DNA of 64,000 bases from Candidatus Latescibacterota bacterium (lineage in GTDB: Bacteria; Latescibacterota; UBA2968; SICM01): NCBI GenBank assembly GCA_965217865.1, contig CBDCJO010000002.1:1664001-1728000 (forward strand). The letters run 5' to 3'. Below the pieces are notes generated by a model. That model worked only from the letters and a program-made list of their open reading frames with translations, had not been told where the DNA came from and ran no database searches. Shown here one piece after another: positions 9,595-20,672 of the stretch (the first letter of the stretch is position 1; the number at the start of each line of letters is the position of its first letter). The position numbers and the translations under genes are program-made.

Positions 9595-10812
9595 GTGAAA
9601 ACCGAAGAGATCATAGCGCTTGAGAACCAGTACATTCTTCAGACTTATGCACGTCCCCCGTTTGTGCTCGAGCGGGGCAGCGGGGTTTATCTTTACGACA
9701 TGGAAGGAAATCGCTATCTCGATTTCGTCAGCGGTCTCTCCGTCAACGCCCTGGGGTACGGGGATCCCGAGATTCTCAAGGTGATCAACCAACAGGCGGA
9801 AATGCTGATCCATGTTTCCAACCTCTACCACACCCTACCTGCCCCACAGCTTGCCCAGACGCTCGTTGAGAGCTCTTTCGCAGACCGGGTATTTTTCTGC
9901 AACAGCGGGACAGAGGCCTGGGAGGCGACCCTCAAGTTTTGCCGAAAGTGGGGGTATGAGAAGTTTTCGTCCAAGCCGAAATACAAATTCATCGCATTCC
10001 ACAATTCCTTCCACGGTCGGACCATGGCGTCGATCACGACGACCGGGCAGCCGAGGTACCATAAAGGATTCGAGCCGCTTCTTCCGGGCGTGGACTTCGC
10101 AACCCTGAACGATCTGGATTCGGTGAAATCATTGGTCACGGAAGAGACCTGCGCCATTCTCGTGGAGCCGCTGCAAGCGGAGGGTGGCATACATGCGTGC
10201 GACCAGGCTTTTCTGTCCGGCCTGCGAGAGTTGTGCGATGAGAAGGAGATTCTCCTGGTATTCGATGAGATTCAGAGCGGGCTGGGTCGTACAGGGACTC
10301 TGTTCTGTTATCAGCAGTATGAGGTAGAGCCGGATTTGATGACCCTGGCAAAGCCTCTGGCGGGAAGCCTTCCAATCGGGGTTTCTCTCCTCCGCCAGGA
10401 GGTTGCCGATTGCATCAAACCCGGTGACCACGCAGCCACCTTCGGGGCCAACGCGGTCACGTGCGCGGTTGCGATCAATGTGTTCAACCGTCTGGCCGAT
10501 CCGGCGTTCCTCGAGGTTGTCCGTGCGCGAAGCGAACGCCTTTTCGCGGGGCTACGGAGAGTTCAGGAGAAACATCCGGATAAGATCAAGGAGATCAGGG
10601 GACGGGGACTGATCGCAGGTGCGGTCACGACCCTGGCCGCGGGGGACATCCTGAAGGAGTTTCAGAAGCAAGATATCCTGGTCTGTACGGCCGGACCGGA
10701 TGTCGTGCGGTTTCTGCCTCCTCTGATCATCGAGGATGCGCACATCGACCACGCGGTGGATGTGCTTGACGCTGTATTGGCAGCGGGGATACCAGAGGAA
10801 AATGGAAAATGA
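9595..10812 (+). CDS. argD: Acetylornithine aminotransferase (class III PLP)
   Basis: FFCNSGTEA, SFHGRT, EPLQAEGG, FDEIQSGLGRTG, PLP lysine in TLAKPL; arg cluster context. Confidence 0.94.
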   Translation: MKTEEIIALENQYILQTYARPPFVLERGSGVYLYDMEGNRYLDFVSGLSVNALGYGDPEILKVINQQAEMLIHVSNLYHTLPAPQLAQTLVESSFADRVFFCNSGTEAWEATLKFCRKWGYEKFSSKPKYKFIAFHNSFHGRTMASITTTGQPRYHKGFEPLLPGVDFATLNDLDSVKSLVTEETCAILVEPLQAEGGIHACDQAFLSGLRELCDEKEILLVFDEIQSGLGRTGTLFCYQQYEVEPDLMTLAKPLAGSLPIGVSLLRQEVADCIKPGDHAATFGANAVTCAVAINVFNRLADPAFLEVVRARSERLFAGLRRVQEKHPDKIKEIRGRGLIAGAVTTLAAGDILKEFQKQDILVCTAGPDVVRFLPPLIIEDAHIDHAVDVLDAVLAAGIPEENGK

Positions 10813-10825
10813 CAGGCCCTACTGC

Positions 10826-10885
10826 CCATCCCCACCGGAATACAGAATACAGAAGTCAGAAGAAGACTTAAATTCAACTCAGTCG
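10826..10885 (+). repeat. ~60 bp AGAATAC/AGAAGTC-based repeat, copy 2 (after argD)
   Basis: ccatccccaccggaatacagaatacagaagtcagaagaagacttaaattcaactcagtcg. Confidence 0.8.
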
Positions 10886-10894
10886 TCAGCCGTA

Positions 10895-11035
10895 AGCCAG
10901 CAGAAGGCAGTAGCAGGTGGCAGTGGCAGGAAAAAGCAAAGGCAGGAGTCGGAGGTCAGGGAAATTGAAGATCGAATATTGAAGAAGCGATCCACGGTTT
11001 TCCGATCCCCGATCCCCGAATCACGAATCACGGAC
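10895..11035 (+). repeat. Composite array (GCAGTG, GGTCAGG, TTGAAGA, then TCACGAA)
   Basis: gcagtagcaggtggcagtggcagg...gtcggaggtcaggg aaattgaagatcgaatattgaag...cgaatcacgaatcacgg. Confidence 0.75.
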
Positions 11036-11048
11036 TACTGGAGATGCT

Positions 11049-12350
11049 TTGACGGTTAGTGACTTAAAAGGAAGGACCGTGGCGATGGCCGTGTCCGGAG
11101 GTCTGGACAGCTGTACGGTCACGCGGTGGATGACTGATCACGGTGTCCGGGTGGCCTGTTTTACCGCGGACCTGGGACAGCCTGACGAGGACAATGTCCA
11201 GGACATTCGGGACAAGATGCTCGCCTGCGGCGCGGCCGAAGCGGTGATCGTGGATGCGAAAGATATGATCACTGCGGCGGGACTGGAGGTGGTGCGGGCA
11301 CAGGCGCGTTATGAAGGAGGATACTGGAACACCACGGGGATTGCCCGGTATGTCACGGTTGAGGCGATCCTCCCTGAACTTCGGACGCGGGGGATCCAGG
11401 TGGTCGGACACGGGTCCACCGGCCGGGGAAATGATCAGGTTCGATTTCAGATCGCCCCCAACATGCTTGCTCCGGAGATTGAAGTCTATGCGCCCTGGAG
11501 GGATCCTGAATTTCTGTCGGCTTTCGGGGGACGGAAGGAGATGATCGATTTTTGCACCCGCAAGGGCCTTCCGGTTGCCGCAACCCACGATAAGCCGTAT
11601 TCAACGGACGCCAACCTGCTCGGCCTCACCCACGAGGCCGGGATGCTCGAATCCCTTGGGACGCCGGCTCTGCTGATCACACCCGGGATGGGTGTCCATC
11701 CGCAAGAAGCCCCGGACGAAAATGAATCGTTCAGCGTTCGCTTTGAGGGGGGTGTCCCGACTTCGGTGAATGGGAAGGGGGTCTCCGTGCTGGAGGCCTT
11801 TCACGCGGCGAATGAGGCGGGCGGCCGGAACGGGGTCGGCATCGGTCTTCATACGGTCGAAAACCGGTTTGTCGGGATCAAGTCCCGTGGGGTCTACGAG
11901 GCACCCGGCATGGAACTCCTGGGTTGTTGTTATGAGTACCTTCTCCAACTGATTCTGGACCGTCGAGCCCGGAGGGTGTTCAACGATGCTTCCGCCACCC
12001 TGGCCGAACAGATCTATCAGGGATTCTGGTTCGACCCCGCATCGAGTGCGGCGCGAGCGGTGGCCGGGGGGTTCGCAAAGTTTGCCACGGGAACGATTTC
12101 GGTCGTCCTATACAAGGGCAATGTATCGTTCGAGTCCGCGCAGGATGTCCCCCATTCCCTCTATTCCGAAAGCACCGCGTCTATGGAGAAGATCGGCGAA
12201 TTCGACCATACCGATTCCGAAGGCTTCATCAGGGTACTGGGGGTGAGTGCGAAGGCGCTTAATGCCGCCGGGCAAATAGGGAAAATGAAAAGTGCAAAAC
12301 GCAAAATCAGGGGCCAGGGGTCGGAGGTCGGGGGAAGTCAAAACCGGTAG
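11049..12350 (+). CDS. argG: Argininosuccinate synthase
   Basis: AVSGGLDS, HGSTGRGNDQVRF, PYSTDANL, VENRFVGIKSRGVYEAPG; the last ~20 aa are repeat-derived. Confidence 0.95.
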   Translation: MTVSDLKGRTVAMAVSGGLDSCTVTRWMTDHGVRVACFTADLGQPDEDNVQDIRDKMLACGAAEAVIVDAKDMITAAGLEVVRAQARYEGGYWNTTGIARYVTVEAILPELRTRGIQVVGHGSTGRGNDQVRFQIAPNMLAPEIEVYAPWRDPEFLSAFGGRKEMIDFCTRKGLPVAATHDKPYSTDANLLGLTHEAGMLESLGTPALLITPGMGVHPQEAPDENESFSVRFEGGVPTSVNGKGVSVLEAFHAANEAGGRNGVGIGLHTVENRFVGIKSRGVYEAPGMELLGCCYEYLLQLILDRRARRVFNDASATLAEQIYQGFWFDPASSAARAVAGGFAKFATGTISVVLYKGNVSFESAQDVPHSLYSESTASMEKIGEFDHTDSEGFIRVLGVSAKALNAAGQIGKMKSAKRKIRGQGSEVGGSQNR

Positions 12351-12429
12351 TCAGGGGGCCAGGGAATGGCAGTAGCAGTGGCAGGGTAAGCAGGAGAGGA
12401 AAGTGCAAGGTGCAAATGGACTATAGACG

Positions 12430-13679
12430 ATGGACTTAACGGTAAAGCAAGTGGAGCGAATTCCGGTGGATGTCCCCTTTCGGGAGGTCCCGGCGCGGAA
12501 TATGATCCGGGAGCTTCCCCACTGGACGCTGTTTGAGATTTGTAAGGTGACGCTGGCCTGCGGTGTCACGGGTTTCGGCGAGACGATGGAGTATTACACC
12601 TGGGGTCAGGTGACCGATGAGGCTGTCGGGAAGGTCACGGGGAAGAATGCAGCCGAGATGATGTGGGAAGACTCCCTCGGCGCGGGTCTTCAGATGGCCC
12701 TGTTCGACGCGGTGGGGAAGGCGAACGACGTTCCGTGCTACCGTCTGATGGGGCCAAAACACCGGGACCGGCCGTTCATCAGCTGGTGGGACATCGATAT
12801 GCCCTGGGAAGACTGGGTTACCGAGTGCCGGGAGGCGAATTCGCTGGGTTATACGAACTTTAAGACCAAAGCCCGTCCCTGGTGGGACCTTGACGAGCAG
12901 TGCAGCCGGCTCTGTTCGACGCTTCCCTCGTGGTTCGATCTGGACCTGGACTTTAACGGGATGCTTTTGGATACGGCACACGGGACCCGGGTGTTGACGG
13001 AGATCGAGCAGTATTCCAACGTTAAGATTTTCGAGTCTCCTATTCCGCAATCGGATGTTGCGGGGAACAAATTCCTCCGGTCACAGACCAGGTGCCGATC
13101 GCTATGCATTTCGGCTCTCCGCCTGTTATGACCGCATTGAAGGAGGATGTGTGCGACGGATTTGTTATCGGGGGCGGGGCCACGGCCGTGATGTCACAGG
13201 GTCGTGTGGCAGCGGCCGCGGACAAGCCGTTTTTCCTTCAGCTTGTCGGGACAGGGATCACCTTCGCCCTCCATCTCGGTGCGGTCCTGTCTCACGCGCG
13301 GTGGCCTTCGGTAAACTGTCATCAGCTCTTCACACATCATATGATCCAGCCGAAGATCTCTGTGAAGAACGGAAGTTCGGCCGTTCCGGAAGGTCCGGGC
13401 CTGGGCGTGGAACTGGACGGGGATGCCCTGGAAAAGTTCAGGCTGGATTCGATGCCGGAGAAGACCTACCCCACATCGAACCTCCTCCTGGCCGTTCGCT
13501 GGGGGTCAGGGGCCACTATCTATTATGGCCACGCAAACCAGTACAAGCAAGATTTTCAAGCAGGACGGCTCCCGATCTTCAGCAAAGGGGTCCGAGTCGA
13601 AAGGATGATGGATGATGGGAGCCGGGAATGGAGAGAGCTATACGAAAGGGCAAAAAAGGGAGGGGTACATACAAATTGA
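12430..13679 (+). pseudogene. Mandelate racemase/muconate lactonizing (enolase superfamily) enzyme, frameshifted near 13090
   Basis: KTK motif, DLDFN and ESP metal ligands in ORF 12430-13131; continues as VPIAMHFG...PEGPGLGVELD in ORF 13092-13679. One extra G at acc-agg-(g)tg-ccg would fuse them. Confidence 0.75.
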
Positions 13680-13938
13680 GGATCGAAAGACCGTCAAACG
13701 TGAGACGTGAAACGGAAAAGATTCCCCCTCAACACCCCCTCACCGGAATACAGAATACAGAAGTCAGGAGAAATCAAGTCATTTAAATTGAATATTGAAG
13801 ATTTCCATGAAACACCTCACCAGAATACAGAAGACAGAATATCACCCCCCTCGCCCTGTCGATAATCCTTCCGTTATATATTGATTTTCCTTTCTTGTAA
13901 ATTCTTACCGTTCTCTTCAGATTTCCCCTTTTTTACCC

Positions 13939-13967
13939 TTGCATGAAATGGGCATCTTTTATATATT
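13939..13967 (+). promoter_or_regulatory. Sigma70-type promoter of groESL
   Basis: TTGCAT, 17 bp spacer, TATATT, immediately before CIRCE. Confidence 0.7.
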
Positions 13968-13973
13968 TGTCTG

Positions 13974-14000
13974 TTAGCACTCTCCGCACGAGAGTGCTAA
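13974..14000. promoter_or_regulatory. CIRCE element (HrcA operator)
   Basis: Perfect TTAGCACTC-N9-GAGTGCTAA upstream of groES. Confidence 0.97.
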
Positions 14001-14079
14001 CAACATACGCCAACTCGAATATTATTAGTGGATTAGTGTTCAAAAACCCTCGGTCGGTTATTCAAAAAGGAGGAGTGTG

Positions 14080-16069
<1,990 letters not shown>

Positions 16070-16106
16070 AACGATTATGGGACGGTGTTAGCCGTCTTTC
16101 TAGAAG

Positions 16107-16142
16107 AAAAGCCCGATCTCTCGATGAGGTCGGGCTTTTTTT
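16107..16142 (+). terminator. Rho-independent terminator after groEL
   Basis: AAAAGCCCGATCTC-TCGAT-GAGGTCGGGCTTTT followed by more Ts. Confidence 0.85.
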
Positions 16143-16260
16143 GTCGGGGGTCAGGGAAAAGAAAAAAAGTGAAACGTGAGACGGGAGACGGGAAAAAACA
16201 GTAGAAGTGGCAAGAAAAGCAAGGGGCCAGAGGTCGGAGGTCAGGGGTCGGGTAAGGCAA
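16143..16260 (+). repeat. Composite polar array (GGTCAGG, GTGAGAC, GCAGTR)
   Basis: gtgaaacgtgagacgggagacggg...ggccagaggtcggaggtcaggggtcggg. Confidence 0.75.
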
Positions 16261-16334
16261 AGACAGCGGATTTAGGGAAGGGGGCATAGGGGTTAGGTCT
16301 GACAACGGATATCCCAGGAGATTGTCAGGACATT

Positions 16335-16394
16335 AACCCCTGGCTTTATGTGGCCAAAAGTTGTGGGACCGGTCTCCAGACCGGGAATTGGCTC
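16335..16394 (+). repeat. TGTGGGA-headed REP-like repeat
   Basis: aacccctggctttatgtggccaaaagttgtgggaccggtctccagaccgggaattggctc is the near reverse complement of 24468-24528; hairpin CCGGTC-TCCA-GACCGG. Confidence 0.8.
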
Positions 16395-16450
16395 AGTAGT
16401 GCCAGGATCAGTTAATTCGTGATTCGTCGTTCGTGACTCGGTGAACTATC

Positions 16451-16530
16451 GTAGGGGCGGACCTGTGTGTCCGCCCTAATCAGGAGGCCGCACATCCGAG
16501 GAAGGGCGCACAACTCAGGTGCGCCCCTAT
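16451..16530. repeat. GTAG-type REP doublet (REPIN-like)
   Basis: GTAGGGGCGGACCTGTGTGTCCGCCCT facing an inverted TAGGGGCGCACCTGAGTTGTGCGCCCT. Confidence 0.75.
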
Positions 16531-16624
16531 CAGAAAATCGGGCAATGTCTGTTTGGGGATATTGAAGGCGGAATGCAGGTGAGATAACCAATCGCAGGTT
16601 TGATTAACCCTGATAACAAACCAT

Positions 16625-17368
16625 CTATCCAATATTCCGTCTCTCAAAAAATCTCCACACGCGCTCGAATACCTCCGGGGCATCGGGCTCCACGGTGAGG
16701 ATATGTTTTGAGTTTTCCGCGATGGTGAGTTCTTTTTGCTCGGCCGCGATTCGGGATAGGATTTTCCCTCCAGACTTCGGGTTGACGAGCCGGTCCTTTC
16801 CTCCCATGATGATCTGCGTCGGGACGACGACCTCCGAAAGTCTCCGGAAACCGATGCGCATCAACTTGCGAAGCTCGACGAGGGAGCGGGTGGGGCGGAC
16901 GGAGTAGCTGAAGATGCCGTGTTGTTCGTAGTAGTCCCGGGCGTTCTCTCCCTTGTGCAGTTCGGAGCGCAAGCAGGCGATGAGTGGGATGAGAAAGAAG
17001 AGTCTGTTCCGAACGAAAAAAGAGGGCGCAAGGAGGCTGATTCCGGCCACGTTTCCCGGATGATCAGCCGCCAGGATCCCGGCCAGCACCCCTCCCATGG
17101 AGACCCCCCCGATAAATACCTGATCGACCCTTCCCTGTAGTTCGATGAATCCTTCCTCTGCAGATCTAACCCAGTCCTGCCATCTGGTTCGCCTGAGGTC
17201 CTCGGGGTCTGTTCCGTGACCGGCCAATCGGACCCCCAAGACGGTAAACCCTCGTTGATTGAGGAATTCCCCCAGGGGACGCGTCTCGGTTGGGGATGCC
17301 GTGAATCCGTGGATGAGGAGAACGCCTCTACGGGTGCCGGGGAGGAAATAGGAATCTGCGTGGATCAT
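16625..17368 (-). CDS. Alpha/beta-hydrolase carboxylesterase (Est30/monoacylglycerol lipase-like)
   Basis: LLIHGFTASP, LAGHG, nucleophile elbow GVSMGG, D in GKDRLV, H in SKHIL. Confidence 0.88.
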   Translation of the reverse strand: MIHADSYFLPGTRRGVLLIHGFTASPTETRPLGEFLNQRGFTVLGVRLAGHGTDPEDLRRTRWQDWVRSAEEGFIELQGRVDQVFIGGVSMGGVLAGILAADHPGNVAGISLLAPSFFVRNRLFFLIPLIACLRSELHKGENARDYYEQHGIFSYSVRPTRSLVELRKLMRIGFRRLSEVVVPTQIIMGGKDRLVNPKSGGKILSRIAAEQKELTIAENSKHILTVEPDAPEVFERVWRFFERRNIG

Positions 17369-17442
17369 GGCTATGGAAATGGAAAATGTAAAGTGGAAAG
17401 GATCGGGTGTCAGGGGTCAGGGAAATGACGCATTTGGAAGTT

Positions 17443-18954
17443 TCAATTTTGAACTCGGCGGAGGGAGATGATGGACCAGGCCAGAGCGAATAGTGTCCCG
17501 GCCGCGCAAAGGACGACCAGGAGGTCGCCGTGTCGCGTGTAGAAGGTCAAGTCACGGCCGGGGACGATTTCGACGGTGATTGCTGCGGGTTCGAAAAGCT
17601 TGGTCGCTTCCAGGACCCGTCCCGAGGCATCGACCGCGCCGGAGATGCCGGTGTTGGCGGCCCTGATCAGGGGGCGGCCATTCTCCACCGCCCGGAAGAC
17701 CCCCATGGCGAAGTGCTGAAAGGGAGCGGCCGTGGTACCGAACCAGGCATCGTTCGTGACGTTTACGATGAAAGCGGCGCCGTTTTTTACGAAGTGTCGC
17801 GCAATTTCGGGGAAGATCGATTCGTAACAGATGAAGACACCGAAGGAAGCATTTCTACCCGGGAGATCCAGGATATCAGAGTGCTCACCTGGATTAAATC
17901 GGCCGCTTTCCCTCGTCAGGCCTTCCATGTAGCCGAAGATAAACTCCAGGGGGATATACTCACCGAATGGGACAAGGTGGACTTTGTCCTGATATCCGAC
18001 CACTTTCCCGGTTTTTGAGATAAGGAAGGCCCGGTTGTAGGTCTTCCCGTGGGTTCGTTCCAGGCTTCCGATCAACATGGGGACGTTCATCTCACGGGCC
18101 AACTCCATCGCCTGGTCATAGTGCGGTCGGTTTACGGCGTGATTGAGAAAGAAAGGGAAGGCGGTTTCCGGAAGGACGATAAAATCCAGATCTTTTCCGT
18201 CCAGTTGACGGATGAGGGTTGTGTATTTCTCCACGGTCATCTGGCGAACATCCTGGTGCCATTTCCGTCCTTGCGGGATGCTCCCTTGTGCGATTCCAAC
18301 CTTCAAGGCATGCTCCGGTGCTCCCGGGTTGAAGGTGATGCCATAACTTATTGAAATAATAAGGATAAGTGCCGGAGCGATCGTGCCGCGCCAGGATGCC
18401 TTTCCTGAGACCTGGAGGCTGACGATTGTTGCGTTCACCAGGACAATCAGGAAGCTGACGCCGTAGACGCCCCAGATTCGCGCGGTTGCCAGAATTGGGA
18501 GCATGCTGTGCTGGGTGTATCCTAGGAGCATCCAGGGAAATCCGGTAAGGAGGTGTGCCTGGAGCCATTCCAGCGTGACCCAGAGGGAGGCGCAGATCCA
18601 GGGGAAAAGGGGGAAGGCCGGGTTGAAACGAGCTGCCAGAACAAAAAAGGCCAGGATGTAAAGGCTCATGTAAAGGATCAGGAGGAGGGTTGTGAAGGCG
18701 CCGACTAACCAGGAGAGATGTCCATAATTGCTGAGGGTTTCTGCGAGCCAATAGACCTTCCCCGTGCAGGAGACCAGTCCCGCCATCCCCCCGATGCGGA
18801 AAGCCCTGTTGCTTCCTGGACCGTGAAGGAGGGCCAGGGCGGGAAGGAGGCAGATGAATGCCACGTAGCCCATGTCGGGTTTGGGCATGGCCAGGACGAT
18901 CAGGCCGCCGGATAAGGAACCTGCCAGCAATTGGATACGGGTTTGATTTAACAT
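17443..18954 (-). CDS. lnt: Apolipoprotein N-acyltransferase
   Basis: Multiple TM helices, TGFPW, catalytic triad in LPETA, KVHLVPFGEY and ICYES; TNDAWFG, RAVEN, RAANTGIS. Confidence 0.96.
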   Translation of the reverse strand: MLNQTRIQLLAGSLSGGLIVLAMPKPDMGYVAFICLLPALALLHGPGSNRAFRIGGMAGLVSCTGKVYWLAETLSNYGHLSWLVGAFTTLLLILYMSLYILAFFVLAARFNPAFPLFPWICASLWVTLEWLQAHLLTGFPWMLLGYTQHSMLPILATARIWGVYGVSFLIVLVNATIVSLQVSGKASWRGTIAPALILIISISYGITFNPGAPEHALKVGIAQGSIPQGRKWHQDVRQMTVEKYTTLIRQLDGKDLDFIVLPETAFPFFLNHAVNRPHYDQAMELAREMNVPMLIGSLERTHGKTYNRAFLISKTGKVVGYQDKVHLVPFGEYIPLEFIFGYMEGLTRESGRFNPGEHSDILDLPGRNASFGVFICYESIFPEIARHFVKNGAAFIVNVTNDAWFGTTAAPFQHFAMGVFRAVENGRPLIRAANTGISGAVDASGRVLEATKLFEPAAITVEIVPGRDLTFYTRHGDLLVVLCAAGTLFALAWSIISLRRVQN

Positions 18955-19189
18955 GGTTGGTTAAGGGGGAAATGGAAAGTGGAAAATGTAAAATGTAAAA
19001 TGAGAAAAGTCATTATTTTAGTTGAAAGCCGCTTATATGCTAAGATCCATTCTTTTTGAACCAGATTGTCAAGGGTGGTGTCCGCGGTGGGGTCAGGTCC
19101 AGGACAAAGGCATGCTGGGAATGACCCGTAGGGGGTGGGAGGGCTACGAACCACGATTCACGAGTCACGAACCACGGTTTTTTAAACAG

Positions 19190-19219
19190 AAACGCCACGG
19201 TAATCCCTGCCGTGGCGTT
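19190..19219. terminator. Hairpin/terminator downstream of the DEAD-box helicase
   Basis: AACGCCACGG-N9-CCGTGGCGTT, flanked by A/T-rich tracts. Confidence 0.55.
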
Positions 19220-19243
19220 GAATTTTTGTTCTTTTTATTAACT

Positions 19244-20488
19244 TTACAAACGAATGCGGCGAGGGCTCTCCCGTTTTTTTCGTCCAAATGGTGTGGCCTT
19301 TCGCGTGGCTTTGGGCTTTTGAGTGGTGGTGGAACTCGCAGCCTGGGATTTGCTTCCTTTCAGGGGTTCGGTTGTATAATCGAAGCCTGGATGCATCGCC
19401 CAGATGAGGTTCCCGTCCAGGCGTTTCTCGATCGCCTTTATAAAATCTGCCTCCTCGGGGGACATCAGGATCAAGGCATCCCCTGTATTCTCAGCCCGTG
19501 CGGTACGCCCCACGCGATGGACGTAATCATCGGGATTTTGAGGGACATCGTAGTTGATGACGTGCGAGATATCATCGATGTCCAACCCCCTTGCGGCGAT
19601 GTTGGTGGCAACGAGAATTTTGGATATCCCCTGGCGAAATTCGTCCAAGGCTTTTTCCCGCTGGCCCTGGGTCCGATCTGCGTGGAGGCGCGTTACCCGC
19701 TGTCGCTTGCCTTGCAAGAGCTTGGCCAATTTCTCCACACCTCGTCGGGTCCTGGCAAAGATCAGGGCGGAATCGATCCGCTCCTTTTTGAGGAGGCTTA
19801 TGAGAAGCTTTCCCTTCAGGTGCCCCGGAACCGGGAAGACACGATGTGTAATGCCGTCGGCAGCCGAGGACGGGGGACCCGCCTCGACGGTAACCGGATC
19901 CCTGAGAATCTCTCGTGTAAGGGACCTGATTTCAGGAGGCATCGTTGCCGAAAACAACATGGTATGGCGCCTTCTGGGGAGCTTTCGAACAATTCGTCTA
20001 ATATCCGGAAGAAACCCCATGTCGAGCATCCTGTCCGCCTCATCGAGGACCAGGGTGGTCAAGGCGTTAAAGTTGACGTGTCCGCGTCCCATATGATCCA
20101 GAAGACGGCCCGGGGTCGCAACGATGATGTCGACACCCTTTCTCAGGCTCCTGGTCTGAGGCTCAATTTTTACGCCCCCGTATATCGTGGTCGACCGCAC
20201 ATCTGTGTGGCGACCGTAGGTTTTGATGCTCCCGCCGACCTGCAGAGCCAATTCACGTGTCGGAACCAGGATCAAAGCACGGATTAGGTGCTCCGGATTG
20301 ATCCGATGAAGAATTGGGAGCACGAAGGCCGCGGTTTTTCCAGTCCCGGTCTGGGCACATCCGATTATATCCCGTCCCTGGAGGACGATCGGGATGGCCT
20401 TTTGTTGGATTGGTGTGGGCACCTGGTATCCGGCATCCTCTATTCCCTTTAGGATCGTGGAAACCAGTCCGAATTTATCGAATGACAT
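19244..20488 (-). CDS. DEAD-box RNA helicase (RhlE-like)
   Basis: Q motif PTPIQ, AQTGTGKT, PTRELA, DEAD, SAT, ARGLD, HRVGRTAR, basic C-terminal tail. Start MSFDKF at 20488 follows SD GGAGAG. Confidence 0.94.
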   Translation of the reverse strand: MSFDKFGLVSTILKGIEDAGYQVPTPIQQKAIPIVLQGRDIIGCAQTGTGKTAAFVLPILHRINPEHLIRALILVPTRELALQVGGSIKTYGRHTDVRSTTIYGGVKIEPQTRSLRKGVDIIVATPGRLLDHMGRGHVNFNALTTLVLDEADRMLDMGFLPDIRRIVRKLPRRRHTMLFSATMPPEIRSLTREILRDPVTVEAGPPSSAADGITHRVFPVPGHLKGKLLISLLKKERIDSALIFARTRRGVEKLAKLLQGKRQRVTRLHADRTQGQREKALDEFRQGISKILVATNIAARGLDIDDISHVINYDVPQNPDDYVHRVGRTARAENTGDALILMSPEEADFIKAIEKRLDGNLIWAMHPGFDYTTEPLKGSKSQAASSTTTQKPKATRKATPFGRKKRESPRRIRL

Positions 20489-20596
20489 TGTTGAATCTCT
20501 CCGAGCTATAAAAAAGCGGATGGGCCTCTTTTCGGGCCGATCCGCTTTTAAAAACGTGCACAATCTCTCCGTTTAGAGTCCTTTAACATACACTAT

Positions 20597-20665
20597 AATA
20601 TAAACATAAGTTCCGTTATTGTCAACATAATTGTTGTTGACATCTCCACTTAAGGGAGGTAATTT
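20597..20665. promoter_or_regulatory. Divergent sigma70-type promoters (helicase / EndoQ-like gene)
   Basis: - strand TTGACA (20625-20620), 17 bp, TATATT (20602-20597); + strand TTGACA (20637-20642), 17 bp, TAATTT (20660-20665). Confidence 0.6.
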
Positions 20666-20672
20666 GGTGATT

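Noticed and set aside
19022-20287. 421-aa + strand ORF
   Set aside because: Antisense to the DEAD-box helicase; its 5' part is repeat and terminator DNA.
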